From: Clostridiales bacterium
Lineage (GTDB): Bacteria > Bacillota > Clostridia > Christensenellales > DUVY01
Direction: 5' to 3'
NCBI GenBank assembly: GCA_012512255.1
Contig: JAAZDJ010000032.1
Location: forward strand, 1-39,627
Length of the DNA stretch: 39,627 nucleotides
Numbering within the stretch: the stretch's first letter is position 1; every line of letters begins with the position of its first letter. This document shows, one piece after another, positions 1 through 8,417 of this stretch. The notes beneath the pieces were generated by a model. That model made no database searches. It saw only the letters and a list, made by a program, of their open reading frames with translations, and was not told the DNA's origin. The position numbers and the translations under genes were made by a program.

Positions 1-444
1 GATTTTAACAACCCGCCAGCCAGCATTACCGTCATGGCGCAATTGGAAGTGGGACAAAGGATTACGGCAAAACCCGCTTCCAAAGACTACGGCGCTTTGA
101 CCGTGGGGATTGACAGCAAGTATCAAGCCAAAATTACCCGCAAAGTCAAAAAAGAGATGTTTATACCCCGGCCCAAAGTTGACTCTTGCGTAATACATTT
201 GGCTTATCGCCCGTATAAAATAGACGATTATGGTTTTTTCAAAAGAACGGTAAAAAGCGCGTTCAGCGCGCGCAGAAAACAGCTTATAAACAACCTATCC
301 GCCGAGTTTGGCCTGGCCAAAGATGTTTTAAAAGACATCTTGCAATCAATTAACCTGGACGCCAATATCCGCGGGGAGATGTTAAATACCCGACAGTTTA
401 TAGATTTATCGGCTGCCTTAAAAAAATACATCCAAAACAAATAA
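1..444 (+). CDS. rsmA: 16S rRNA dimethyladenosine transferase RsmA/KsgA, C-terminal part (5' end lies outside the window)
   Basis: Frame 1 is open from base 1. The translation (...VMAQLEVGQRITAKPASKDYGALTVG...FFKRTVKSAFSARRKQLINNLS...) matches the conserved KsgA C-terminal region. Stop TAA at 442-444. Confidence 0.85.
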   Translation, partial: DFNNPPASITVMAQLEVGQRITAKPASKDYGALTVGIDSKYQAKITRKVKKEMFIPRPKVDSCVIHLAYRPYKIDDYGFFKRTVKSAFSARRKQLINNLSAEFGLAKDVLKDILQSINLDANIRGEMLNTRQFIDLSAALKKYIQNK

Positions 445-580
445 AAAGCCGTCTTATCTTGGGCGGGGGTTATTAAATGAACATTAATTCAAACAAAAAT
501 TTTATAAACTTAATAAACTTATAATAAAATAATTATTAATAAAATAATTATAATATTCAATAAAAAACCCAAAACCAAAA

Positions 581-620
581 AACGCCTTTCAATCTTAAAG
601 TTAAGGGCGTTTGTTTTGTT
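581..620 (+). terminator. Intrinsic terminator downstream of rsmA
   Basis: Stem aacgccttt (581-589) pairs with aagggcgtt (603-611), with one G-U pair. The loop is 13 nt and a U-rich tail tgttttgttt follows. Confidence 0.55.
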
Positions 621-725
621 TATAGCTGATGAAATTTTTTATGGCGTTTTAGGCAATATTGCCAAACGGCATTATTTGCCTAAGTTTTCACATTATTTGC
701 ATTTTTTGGCATATAAATTACTGAT

Positions 726-1589
726 ATGTATTCGTATTACGACCTAAGGGTTGACATCCAATACTTGACAAGGATGGGCGCGGACCTTTTGTACATAGGC
801 AACACGGTTTTGGGCCGGCCTATCCCGGCGCTTCATATCGGGGATTATTCGCCCAACCAAATACTTATCCAAGGCGGCGTCCATGCTAGAGAGCATATCA
901 CATCCCAGCTTATAGTGGAGCTTATATATTATGTGTTAAGACCTCATGGGACTGATTTTGGCGGGGGCGGGATGTATTTTGTGCCTATGGTGAATATTGA
1001 CGGCGTTATGCTTTGCCAATTTGGGCTTGCGGAAGCGCCGCAATCTTTGCATGAGTTTTTGCTGAACATAAACGGCGGCAGCGACGATTTTTCGCTTTGG
1101 AAAGCCAACATAAACGCCGTGGATATAAACACCAATTTTCCGGCGCGCTGGGGAACGGGCGTTCAGAATGTGTTTTCGCCCGCGCCGTCGGATTATGTGG
1201 GACCCTATCCGGCGTCCGAGCCCGAGACGCGCGCGCTTATGGATATAACTTTAAGGGTTTATCCGCAGCTTACCATAAGCTACCACGCTCGCGGGCAAGA
1301 GATTTATTGGCAATTTTATCAGCAAGAGCCCAACCTCTCGCGCGATAGGGCGATAGGCCAAGTCTTTAGCGAGCTTACCACCTATGCCCTAATAGACGGG
1401 GCATTGGGCAGCGCGGGCGGATACAAAGATTGGTGCATTCAAGATTTTTTTATTCCGGCTTATACTTTTGAAATAGTTGACGCATCCTATCCTTATCCAA
1501 TAGACTATATAGCGTTAGAAGAAGATTGGGAGCTTAACAAGCTTGTGCCCATTACCGCGTTAAACCAAGCAAAAGCGGTTTTTGGCTAA
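726..1589 (+). CDS. M14-family zinc peptidase, gamma-D-glutamyl-meso-diaminopimelate peptidase-like (YqgT/ENP1 type)
   Basis: 287-aa ORF. It has the HxxE zinc motif (GGVHAREHITSQ) and a later SYHARGQEIYW histidine motif. The N-terminal YSYYDLRVDIQYL...GNTVLGRPIPALHIG resembles YqgT-type peptidases. No obvious SD. Confidence 0.75.
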   Translation: MYSYYDLRVDIQYLTRMGADLLYIGNTVLGRPIPALHIGDYSPNQILIQGGVHAREHITSQLIVELIYYVLRPHGTDFGGGGMYFVPMVNIDGVMLCQFGLAEAPQSLHEFLLNINGGSDDFSLWKANINAVDINTNFPARWGTGVQNVFSPAPSDYVGPYPASEPETRALMDITLRVYPQLTISYHARGQEIYWQFYQQEPNLSRDRAIGQVFSELTTYALIDGALGSAGGYKDWCIQDFFIPAYTFEIVDASYPYPIDYIALEEDWELNKLVPITALNQAKAVFG

Positions 1590-1647
1590 AAATATTTTTT
1601 TAACCCTTATATCATTTTTTAAAAAACAATCTATTGCGATAAGGTTG

Positions 1648-2127
1648 ATGCCAATGACAGACGAACAATTTATGCTGATAGCGCTACAGGAGGCAAAAAA
1701 AGCCCTGAAGACCAAAGACGTGCCCGTGGGCGCCGTCATTGTCAAGGACGGAAAGATTATATCCAAAGGACATAACGAGCGCGAAAAACATAACGACGCC
1801 ACAGCGCACGCCGAGATCGTGGCAATACGCCGCGCCAACAAAAAACTCAAGTCTTGGTATTTGGACGGGTGCGTTTTGTATGTGACCATGGAGCCGTGCG
1901 TCATGTGCGCGGGCGCGATTATCAACTCGCGCATAGATAAAATCGTCTTTGGCGCCTCGGACTTTAGGTTTGGCTGCTGCGGGACGCTGTATAATTTGCC
2001 CGAGGACGAGCGTTTTAACCACAGGGCGCGGGTGGTAAGCGGCGTTTTGCACGAACAGTGCGCCAAACTGCTTACCGATTTTTTTAAAGATTTAAGAGAA
2101 AAGCAATCCCGACAAACAAAAGAGTAA
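1648..2127 (+). CDS. tadA: tRNA-specific adenosine deaminase TadA
   Basis: CDA zinc motifs HAEIVAI and PCVMCAGAI are present. The track ORF starts at 1582, but its first 22 aa are hydrophobic junk overlapping the upstream gene, so ATG 1648 (MPMTDEQFMLIALQEAKKA) is the likely start. Confidence 0.9.
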   Translation: MPMTDEQFMLIALQEAKKALKTKDVPVGAVIVKDGKIISKGHNEREKHNDATAHAEIVAIRRANKKLKSWYLDGCVLYVTMEPCVMCAGAIINSRIDKIVFGASDFRFGCCGTLYNLPEDERFNHRARVVSGVLHEQCAKLLTDFFKDLREKQSRQTKE

Positions 2128-2220
2128 ACTATCATTTATAGCCAAAAAAATGCTATATTTTAGGCGAAAAAGAGTTTTTTGAGGCCTTGGGCGCTTGTTA
2201 TCGCCTTTGGTTGTAAATTA

Positions 2221-2249
2221 TTGACATTATTTTTTAAAGGTAATAAAAT
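2221..2249 (+). promoter_or_regulatory. Sigma-A-type promoter: TTGACA (2221-2226), 17-nt spacer, TAAAAT (2244-2249)
   Basis: The -35 is perfect and the spacing is 17 nt. The ATG of the downstream ORF (2256) is the 7th nt after the -10 and no SD is present, which fits a leaderless mRNA. Confidence 0.55.
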
Positions 2250-2255
2250 AAGAAT

Positions 2256-2552
2256 ATGGTCCAGGATTTTTGCGGTGTGATCCTAAGGGTAGACAATCCT
2301 AACTTTAAACGCAGCCCCTCTTACGAGATAAAAATTTGGGGCAAGTCAATCTTAGAATGGGTGTCTTCCGTATTTTGGGAAGAGCCCATTATTTATGCCG
2401 ACATAACGGGCAACGAAAAGTCCGATGCCGCGCTTATAGACCAAATCCTAAAAAATAACGATTTGGACCGCCAATATATCGCCATTTTGTTTTCGGACAC
2501 TCCATTGATTACACGAAGAACCATAATGGAAGCCGTTGAGTATTGCAAATAA
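2256..2552 (+). pseudogene. glmU: GlmU N-terminal (uridyltransferase) fragment, degenerate, ended by an in-frame TAA
   Basis: FCGVILRVDNPNFKRSPSYEIKIWGKSILEWV aligns to GlmU's AVILAAGKGTRMKS...GKPMLEHV, but the LAAGxGTRM motif is lost. SDTPL replaces GDTPL. The fragment is in the same frame as the next ORF, separated only by TAA 2550-2552 and two codons. Confidence 0.6.
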
Positions 2553-2558
2553 AACGAC

Positions 2559-3368
2559 TTGGACTATGTAAAGATGACTCGCGTGTACATAATTAAAAAG
2601 GACTGCCCAAAACCTTTTGGCGAAATCGCCAAGTCCAAAACGCATTATTTCTCTTTTGAGGACGATTTTTTGACGGCTTATAACTTTAAGACGCTTTCGC
2701 TAATCAACGAAGTGCAAAAACAACGCATATTAGAACGGCATATGCACAACGGCGTTTATTTTCTGGACCCGTCGTCCGTTTTTATTGACGACACCGTTGA
2801 GATAGCCAGCGGGGTGACCGTCTATCCCAACAATCATTTGATTGGGAGCACCAAGATTAGCCAGGGCGCTGTTTTATACGACGGAAACTTTATTGCGGAC
2901 AGCGTAATCGGCCAAAACGCCCAGATAAGATCGTCTAATATTAACGGCAGTTTCATAGGCAATAATACCACAGTGGGGCCGTTTGCGTATTTGCGTCCAG
3001 AAAGTTATATCGGCGAGGACTGCCGAATAGGCGATTTCGTAGAAACCAAAAAGGCGCGTATAGGCAACAAAACCAAAGTCGCGCATCTTACATACATAGG
3101 GGATTGCGAGCTTGGCCAAAATTGCAATGTCGGCTGCGGTGTGGTCGTTTGCAATTATGACGGCAAGAACAAGCATTTTTCCAAAGTGGGCGACAATGTG
3201 TTTATCGGCAGCAATACCAATATTATCTCGCCCGTAGTGATTGAGGATAACGCGTTTATCGCGGCGGGTTCTACCATAAACCAAAACGTGCCAAAAGATA
3301 GTTTGGCTATCGCAAGGGCGCGCCAAGTCAATAAGCCCGGCTACATGAAAATAAAATCGGAGGAATAG
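2559..3368 (+). CDS. glmU: GlmU C-terminal part: linker helix plus left-handed beta-helix acetyltransferase domain
   Basis: KQRILERHMHNGVYFLDP, hexapeptide repeats, TKVAHLTYIGD, NYDGKNKH and IARARQVNKPGY all match the GlmU acetyltransferase domain. The track start is TTG 2559; ATG 2574 is an alternative start in the same frame. Confidence 0.8.
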   Translation: MDYVKMTRVYIIKKDCPKPFGEIAKSKTHYFSFEDDFLTAYNFKTLSLINEVQKQRILERHMHNGVYFLDPSSVFIDDTVEIASGVTVYPNNHLIGSTKISQGAVLYDGNFIADSVIGQNAQIRSSNINGSFIGNNTTVGPFAYLRPESYIGEDCRIGDFVETKKARIGNKTKVAHLTYIGDCELGQNCNVGCGVVVCNYDGKNKHFSKVGDNVFIGSNTNIISPVVIEDNAFIAAGSTINQNVPKDSLAIARARQVNKPGYMKIKSEE

Positions 3369-3372
3369 TGAA

Positions 3373-4326
3373 ATGGTTACGCACAACAACAACATCAAAC
3401 TCTTCGCAGGCAACGCCTGTCCCGTCTTAGCCAAAGAAATCGCCAATAGGCTGAATATAGAACAGGGCAAGATGGAAGTGGGCAGGTTTTCGGATGGCGA
3501 AATAAATGTCCATATCATGGAAAGCGTGAGGGGTTGCGATGTTTTTGTGGTGCAGTCCACTTGTTCGCCCGTCAACGATAACTTAATGGAGTTGCTTATT
3601 ATAATTGACGCTTTGCGAAGGGCCAGCGCGGGCAGAATTACGGCCGTTATGCCGTATTTCGGCTACGCGCGCCAAGACCGCAAGACCCGAGCACGAGACC
3701 CCATAACCGCAAAGCTGGTCGCCGACCTTATAACTTCGGCGGGAGCGGACAGGGTGCTTACTATGGACTTGCACGCGCCGCAGCTTCAGGGCTTTTTTGA
3801 TATCCCTGTTGACCATTTGTTTGGAACGCCCGTTTTGTGCAGAGAGATAGCCAAAACAGACTTATATAAACAAGACTTCGTGGTGGTTTCGCCCGATATG
3901 GGAAGCGTGTCTCGGGCAAGAGCTATGGCGCAAAGGATGCACACGCCTTTGGTTATTGTGGACAAGCGCAGGCCCGAGCCAAACTCCGTGGAAGTAATGA
4001 ATATTATCGGCGAAGTAAAAGGCAAGGCGTGCTTGCTTGTGGATGACATGATTGACACGGCGGGAACGATTTGCCAAGCCGCGCAGGCGCTTATGGACGC
4101 GGGCGCTACCGAGGTTCACGCCTGCTGCACGCACGCCGTATTAAGCGGACAAGCCGTGGAGAGGTTGGAAAAATCGCCGCTTAAGACCATAACAATGCTT
4201 GACACAATAGAGCACAAAAGCAAACTCACCAGCGACAAGTTTAAGACGGTGAGCGTTGCGCCTATATTCACCGAAGCCATACAAAGCATATATATGGACT
4301 TGCCTTTGAGCAGGCTTTACGAATAA
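3373..4326 (+). CDS. prs: Ribose-phosphate pyrophosphokinase
   Basis: 317 aa with typical Prs sequence (FSDGEINV..., YFGYARQDRK, VSPDMGSVSRAR, LVDDMIDTAGT). GGAGG lies 11 nt upstream. It keeps the conserved glmU-prs-pth order. Confidence 0.95.
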   Translation: MVTHNNNIKLFAGNACPVLAKEIANRLNIEQGKMEVGRFSDGEINVHIMESVRGCDVFVVQSTCSPVNDNLMELLIIIDALRRASAGRITAVMPYFGYARQDRKTRARDPITAKLVADLITSAGADRVLTMDLHAPQLQGFFDIPVDHLFGTPVLCREIAKTDLYKQDFVVVSPDMGSVSRARAMAQRMHTPLVIVDKRRPEPNSVEVMNIIGEVKGKACLLVDDMIDTAGTICQAAQALMDAGATEVHACCTHAVLSGQAVERLEKSPLKTITMLDTIEHKSKLTSDKFKTVSVAPIFTEAIQSIYMDLPLSRLYE

Positions 4327-4329
4327 ACA

Positions 4330-4899
4330 ATGAAAATCATAGTAGGTCTTGGCAACCCGGGCAAAAAATATCTTCGCGCCTTCCATAACGTCGGATTTAT
4401 GGCGCTGGAAGCCGCGGCCCAAAAATTAAACTTAAAAATCAAAAAGCTAAGATGCAAAAGTTTGATAGCCGAGTCCAATCTAAACGGGAACAAGTTTGTG
4501 CTTGCCTGTCCCCAGACATATATGAATTTAAGCGGCGAGGCTGTGGTTTTACTGTTGCAAAAATTTAAAAGCACCCTTGACGAGCTTTTGGTGGTCTATG
4601 ACGACGCCGATATTAGCTTAGGGTCGTTAAGGCTAAGGCCTTGGGGCGGAGCGGGCAGTCACAACGGCATGAAAAATATAATCCATTGCCTTGGCAGCGA
4701 ACAGTTTAAGCGCCTGCGGATTGGCATAGGCCCGCCGTCCGAGCATATACCCTTGCATGAGTATGTACTTCAAGATATTCCGCTAGATTTAAGGCAGGCT
4801 ATGTTTGAGGCGATAATGCGCGCAAGCGACAGCATAATTGACTGGATAGGCGGCGCGCCTTTTGACGCCGTTATGCAAAATTACAACAAAACAATTTAA
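4330..4899 (+). CDS. pth: Peptidyl-tRNA hydrolase
   Basis: MKIIVGLGNPGKKY...HNVGF...MNLSGEAV... is the canonical Pth N-terminus. It begins 3 nt after the prs stop. Confidence 0.95.
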   Translation: MKIIVGLGNPGKKYLRAFHNVGFMALEAAAQKLNLKIKKLRCKSLIAESNLNGNKFVLACPQTYMNLSGEAVVLLLQKFKSTLDELLVVYDDADISLGSLRLRPWGGAGSHNGMKNIIHCLGSEQFKRLRIGIGPPSEHIPLHEYVLQDIPLDLRQAMFEAIMRASDSIIDWIGGAPFDAVMQNYNKTI

Positions 4900-4930
4900 T
4901 TTATTAAGAATTTAACCAAAATAATAATAT

Positions 4931-7900
4931 ATGCCTATAAAAAATAATCTTCCAATACCGCGCGAGGTTCAAGATATCGCGCTTTTGATCTCGCGAGGCT
5001 TTTCAGCCTCGCTATTTGGCTTGTCTTTGGGAGAAAAAACTTATTTTGCCGCCTGCATTCCCGATTTTGTTTTGTATGTAGCGGCGGACTATTACCAGGC
5101 CTCAAAGGTTTGCGGGCAATTGTCCCATTTGTGCGAGGCCGCGCTTTTGCCCGCGATTCCTGACTTATTGACATACAAACAAAGCGCTTCCGAGGAAATA
5201 TTTTTTAAGCGCATAGACGCCTTAAACAGGCTTATTAGCGGCAAGCTTGATGTTTTGGTTGTAAGCGCGCAGAGCTTGTGCGAGCTGTTCCCCAAAAAGT
5301 CCGACCTTAAAGACAATATCATTGAAATTTCCCTAAACCAGACGGTTAACATAGACGGTATCGTATCCAAGCTTCGTTTTGGCGGATACAAAAGGGCGAC
5401 GCTTGCGAATTCTCCCGGTTATTTTTCGCTAAGGGGCGATATTTTGGATATTTATCCTTACGCGGGCGAGCCCGTAAGGATCGAATTTTTTGGGGATTTG
5501 GCGGAAAGCATAATGACCTATTCCCCGAGCGCGCAGACACGGTTAACCCCCTTGCAAAGCGCGACCATATATCCGGCCACGGAGTTTTTTGTAAGCCAAG
5601 ATTGGATAGAGAAGCTAAAAAAAGAAATCCCGCTAGCGCGCAATGACAGCCTTGACCCCGACTCAAAAGCCCGTCAAGACAGAATTATAGACGAATTGAT
5701 GTTCAAGCTGGAAGCCCAGTCAATTGATAACTCTTTTGCGTATATCTCTTATATGTTGGACATGCGGCCTTTGGCCGAGCTTTTGCCCCAAGACGCAATA
5801 ATTATTTACGACGAGCCAAAGTTGGTTTTGGACGCTTTTGACAATTTATACAGCGAGCATTATTCGCGGTTTAAATCCTTGCTTGAGTTGGGCGAAGTCT
5901 TCTCAGGATCGGAGAGGCAGCTTATAGCCCGCCAAGAAGTTTTTGGGCTTTATGAAAAGTTTAAAAAATGCGCTTTATGCAAGATTGTCTCGTCAAACAA
6001 AATTTTTGAGCCCGATAAGATTTTTAACTTCAGGGCGACGCCTATAACGCGCTATGTCAACAATATGGAAGAACTGATCCAAGACTTAAAAAACTGGAAG
6101 GCTAATTCCTACAGCGTCTTGCTTACGGCAAAGGACCAATCATCAGCCAAATCGCTGCAATCGGCTATAGCCGAAAAAGGATTGTTTATAGATATACGCG
6201 ACCAAATCCCGTCGGGCTTTTTGGATTCTTCTAAAATAATTATCTCTCCCATAAAAACGGGCATTGGGTGTTCTTGGCATAACGATAAATTCATACTTAT
6301 AGGCAACGACGATTTGTTCGCCAAAAAAAGAGCGCTTTTGCCTTCGCGGACCAGAGATGTCTTTTTTGAGGTCAAGGAGGGCGATTACGTCGTCCACTTT
6401 ATACACGGCATCGGCATTTGCAGGGGCCTAACCCGCCTGAGCAGCAGCTTAGGAACGAGGGATTATATCGTCATAGAATACCGTAACGGCGACAGGCTTT
6501 ATGTGCCCACCGAGCAGTCCGATTTGCTGTCCAAATACAGCGGCTCGTCGCCTAAATTGTCCAGGCTGGGCGGCGCGGAGTTTGGCAAAATCAAACAAAA
6601 AGTAAAAAACGAAATCAAAAAAATGGCGTTTGATTTGCAAGAACTTTACGCGCAAAGAAGCCAGCAAAAAGGCCATGTTTATGAGATAGACGAGAAGTTG
6701 CAAAGGGCGTTTGAGGATTCTTTTGAGTTTGCCGAGACCCCAGACCAAAGGACCGCAACTGATGAAATCTTAAACGATATGAGAAAGGGCGTGGTAATGG
6801 ACAGGCTTATTTGCGGCGATGTGGGCTATGGCAAGACCGAGGTGGCTTTGCGCGCGGCTTTTGCTACCGTTATGTGCGACCGCCAGGTCGCGTTTTTGGC
6901 GCCCACCACCATATTGTCCGAACAGCATTACAGGACGGCCTGCGAGCGGATGAAAGACTGGGGCGTTAACGTGGAAGTTCTAAACCGCTTTAAGTCCGCA
7001 AAAGAGGCCAAAGACATCCTAAAAAGGCTAAAGGCGGGCGAGATAGATATCTTGTGCGGCACCCACCGTATCTTGTCCAAGGATGTGGAGTTTAAGGATT
7101 TGGGGCTTTTGATTTTGGACGAAGAACAGCGCTTTGGCGTGGAAGATAAAGAAAAAATCAAGACGCTGAAAACCAATGTCAATGTTCTGAGCATGTCGGC
7201 CACTCCCATTCCCAGGACATTGCATATGTCGCTAAGCGGAATAAGGGACATAAGCATCTTGAGCGTTCCCCCTGCCGATAGACTGCCTATACAAACTTAT
7301 ATCGCCGAATTGTCCGACGGGCTTATAAAAGACGCCATCACCCGCGAGCTAAGCCGCGGCGGACAGGTATTTGTGGTCTATAATCGCTCTGAATTTATTG
7401 ACGGTTTCGCGGCCAAGGTAAAAAAACTGGCGCCCCAAGCCTTGATAGAGGTTGTTTTCGGCACTATGCCCGAGTATCAGCTTGCGCGCGCGGTCAAAAG
7501 GTTTTACGAGGGCGAAAGCAATGTCTTGGTCTGCACCACCATAATAGAAAACGGAATTGACTTGCCAAACGCCAATACCCTGATTGTGTGCAATGCCGAC
7601 AGGTTCGGGCTTAGCCAGCTTTACCAGCTAAGAGGCAGGGTGGGCCGAAGCAATAGGTTAGGTTATGCATACCTTACCTTTGAGCCCGACAAGGAACTGA
7701 CTTCGCAAGCTTATAAAAGGCTGGAAGCCTTAATGGAATTCACAGAATTGGGCAGCGGGTTTAAGATCGCGCTCAAGGACTTGGAAATAAGGGGGGCGGG
7801 CACGGTTTTGGGCAAAAAACAACACGGGCATATGGAAAAGGTGGGATACGAGCTATATACCAAACTCTTAATCCAGGCCCGGCAAGAGCTGGAAAATAAG

Positions 7901-8359
7901 CAGGCGAAAGAAATAGCCGAATGCCGCATAGAAACCGATTTTGACGCCTATATTCCCGATGAGTTTATAGACGACAGCGGCGTCAGAATGAGGCTTTATA
8001 ACAAAATCTCGTCCATCCAAACGCCCAAAGACCGGATGGACATACTCCAAGAAATAAAAGATGTCTTCGGGGCTGTGCCCAAACAAGTGGAAAATTTGGT
8101 CAATGTGGGATTGTATAAAGGCTTGGGCGTGCGGGCAAGAGCCAGCGTCGTCCGCTTGGAAAAAAACAATGGCTGGATATTGTTTAACGAAGTTACGCCC
8201 GAGCTTATTGATATTGTCAACCAATTTCAAGACTGCGCTTATTTGGACTTAAGCAAAAAACCCAAAGTTTTGGTCAAAAGCCAAGCATATAAAAATGTCT
8301 ATGGTTTCTTGGAGGCTTTGGCTAATAAATACGACCAAAAAGAATTGCTAAACAACTAA
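4931..8359 (+). CDS. mfd: Transcription-repair coupling factor Mfd
   Basis: 1142 aa with superfamily-2 helicase motifs (GDVGYGKTEVA, LILDEEQRFGV, SATPIPRTL, QLRGRVGRS), a CarD-like region (GDYVVHFIHGIG) and a TRG-type C-terminus. Confidence 0.95.
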   Translation: MPIKNNLPIPREVQDIALLISRGFSASLFGLSLGEKTYFAACIPDFVLYVAADYYQASKVCGQLSHLCEAALLPAIPDLLTYKQSASEEIFFKRIDALNRLISGKLDVLVVSAQSLCELFPKKSDLKDNIIEISLNQTVNIDGIVSKLRFGGYKRATLANSPGYFSLRGDILDIYPYAGEPVRIEFFGDLAESIMTYSPSAQTRLTPLQSATIYPATEFFVSQDWIEKLKKEIPLARNDSLDPDSKARQDRIIDELMFKLEAQSIDNSFAYISYMLDMRPLAELLPQDAIIIYDEPKLVLDAFDNLYSEHYSRFKSLLELGEVFSGSERQLIARQEVFGLYEKFKKCALCKIVSSNKIFEPDKIFNFRATPITRYVNNMEELIQDLKNWKANSYSVLLTAKDQSSAKSLQSAIAEKGLFIDIRDQIPSGFLDSSKIIISPIKTGIGCSWHNDKFILIGNDDLFAKKRALLPSRTRDVFFEVKEGDYVVHFIHGIGICRGLTRLSSSLGTRDYIVIEYRNGDRLYVPTEQSDLLSKYSGSSPKLSRLGGAEFGKIKQKVKNEIKKMAFDLQELYAQRSQQKGHVYEIDEKLQRAFEDSFEFAETPDQRTATDEILNDMRKGVVMDRLICGDVGYGKTEVALRAAFATVMCDRQVAFLAPTTILSEQHYRTACERMKDWGVNVEVLNRFKSAKEAKDILKRLKAGEIDILCGTHRILSKDVEFKDLGLLILDEEQRFGVEDKEKIKTLKTNVNVLSMSATPIPRTLHMSLSGIRDISILSVPPADRLPIQTYIAELSDGLIKDAITRELSRGGQVFVVYNRSEFIDGFAAKVKKLAPQALIEVVFGTMPEYQLARAVKRFYEGESNVLVCTTIIENGIDLPNANTLIVCNADRFGLSQLYQLRGRVGRSNRLGYAYLTFEPDKELTSQAYKRLEALMEFTELGSGFKIALKDLEIRGAGTVLGKKQHGHMEKVGYELYTKLLIQARQELENKQAKEIAECRIETDFDAYIPDEFIDDSGVRMRLYNKISSIQTPKDRMDILQEIKDVFGAVPKQVENLVNVGLYKGLGVRARASVVRLEKNNGWILFNEVTPELIDIVNQFQDCAYLDLSKKPKVLVKSQAYKNVYGFLEALANKYDQKELLNN

Positions 8360-8417
8360 AAATTAAGTATAATATTAGATACTGCAAAATTATAGGCACA
8401 TAAAGGTCGGAGATGAT

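Noticed and set aside
477-524. 15-codon ORF MNINSNKNFINLINL with a GGGGG stretch 7 nt upstream.
   Set aside because: Its Asn/Ile/Leu composition simply reflects the AT-rich tandem-repeat spacer. It has no associated switch structure and there is no way to support it from sequence alone.
500-560. Short tandem repeats that might suggest a CRISPR array or minisatellite.
   Set aside because: There are only two copies of 9-15-bp AT-only units with no spacers and no cas genes. This is not a CRISPR array.
1560-2135. 191-aa minus-strand ORF, plus similar long antisense ORFs at 2874-3575, 13060-13542, 15576-16091, 16092-16406, 28984-29394, 30804-31166 and 38702-39184.
   Set aside because: Each lies entirely antisense to a confidently identified conserved gene (tadA, glmU/prs, the LysM gene, ychF, gyrB, gyrA, the ATPase). 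Their compositions are low-complexity and Ser/Leu/Cys-rich, and none has an SD. They are shadow ORFs.
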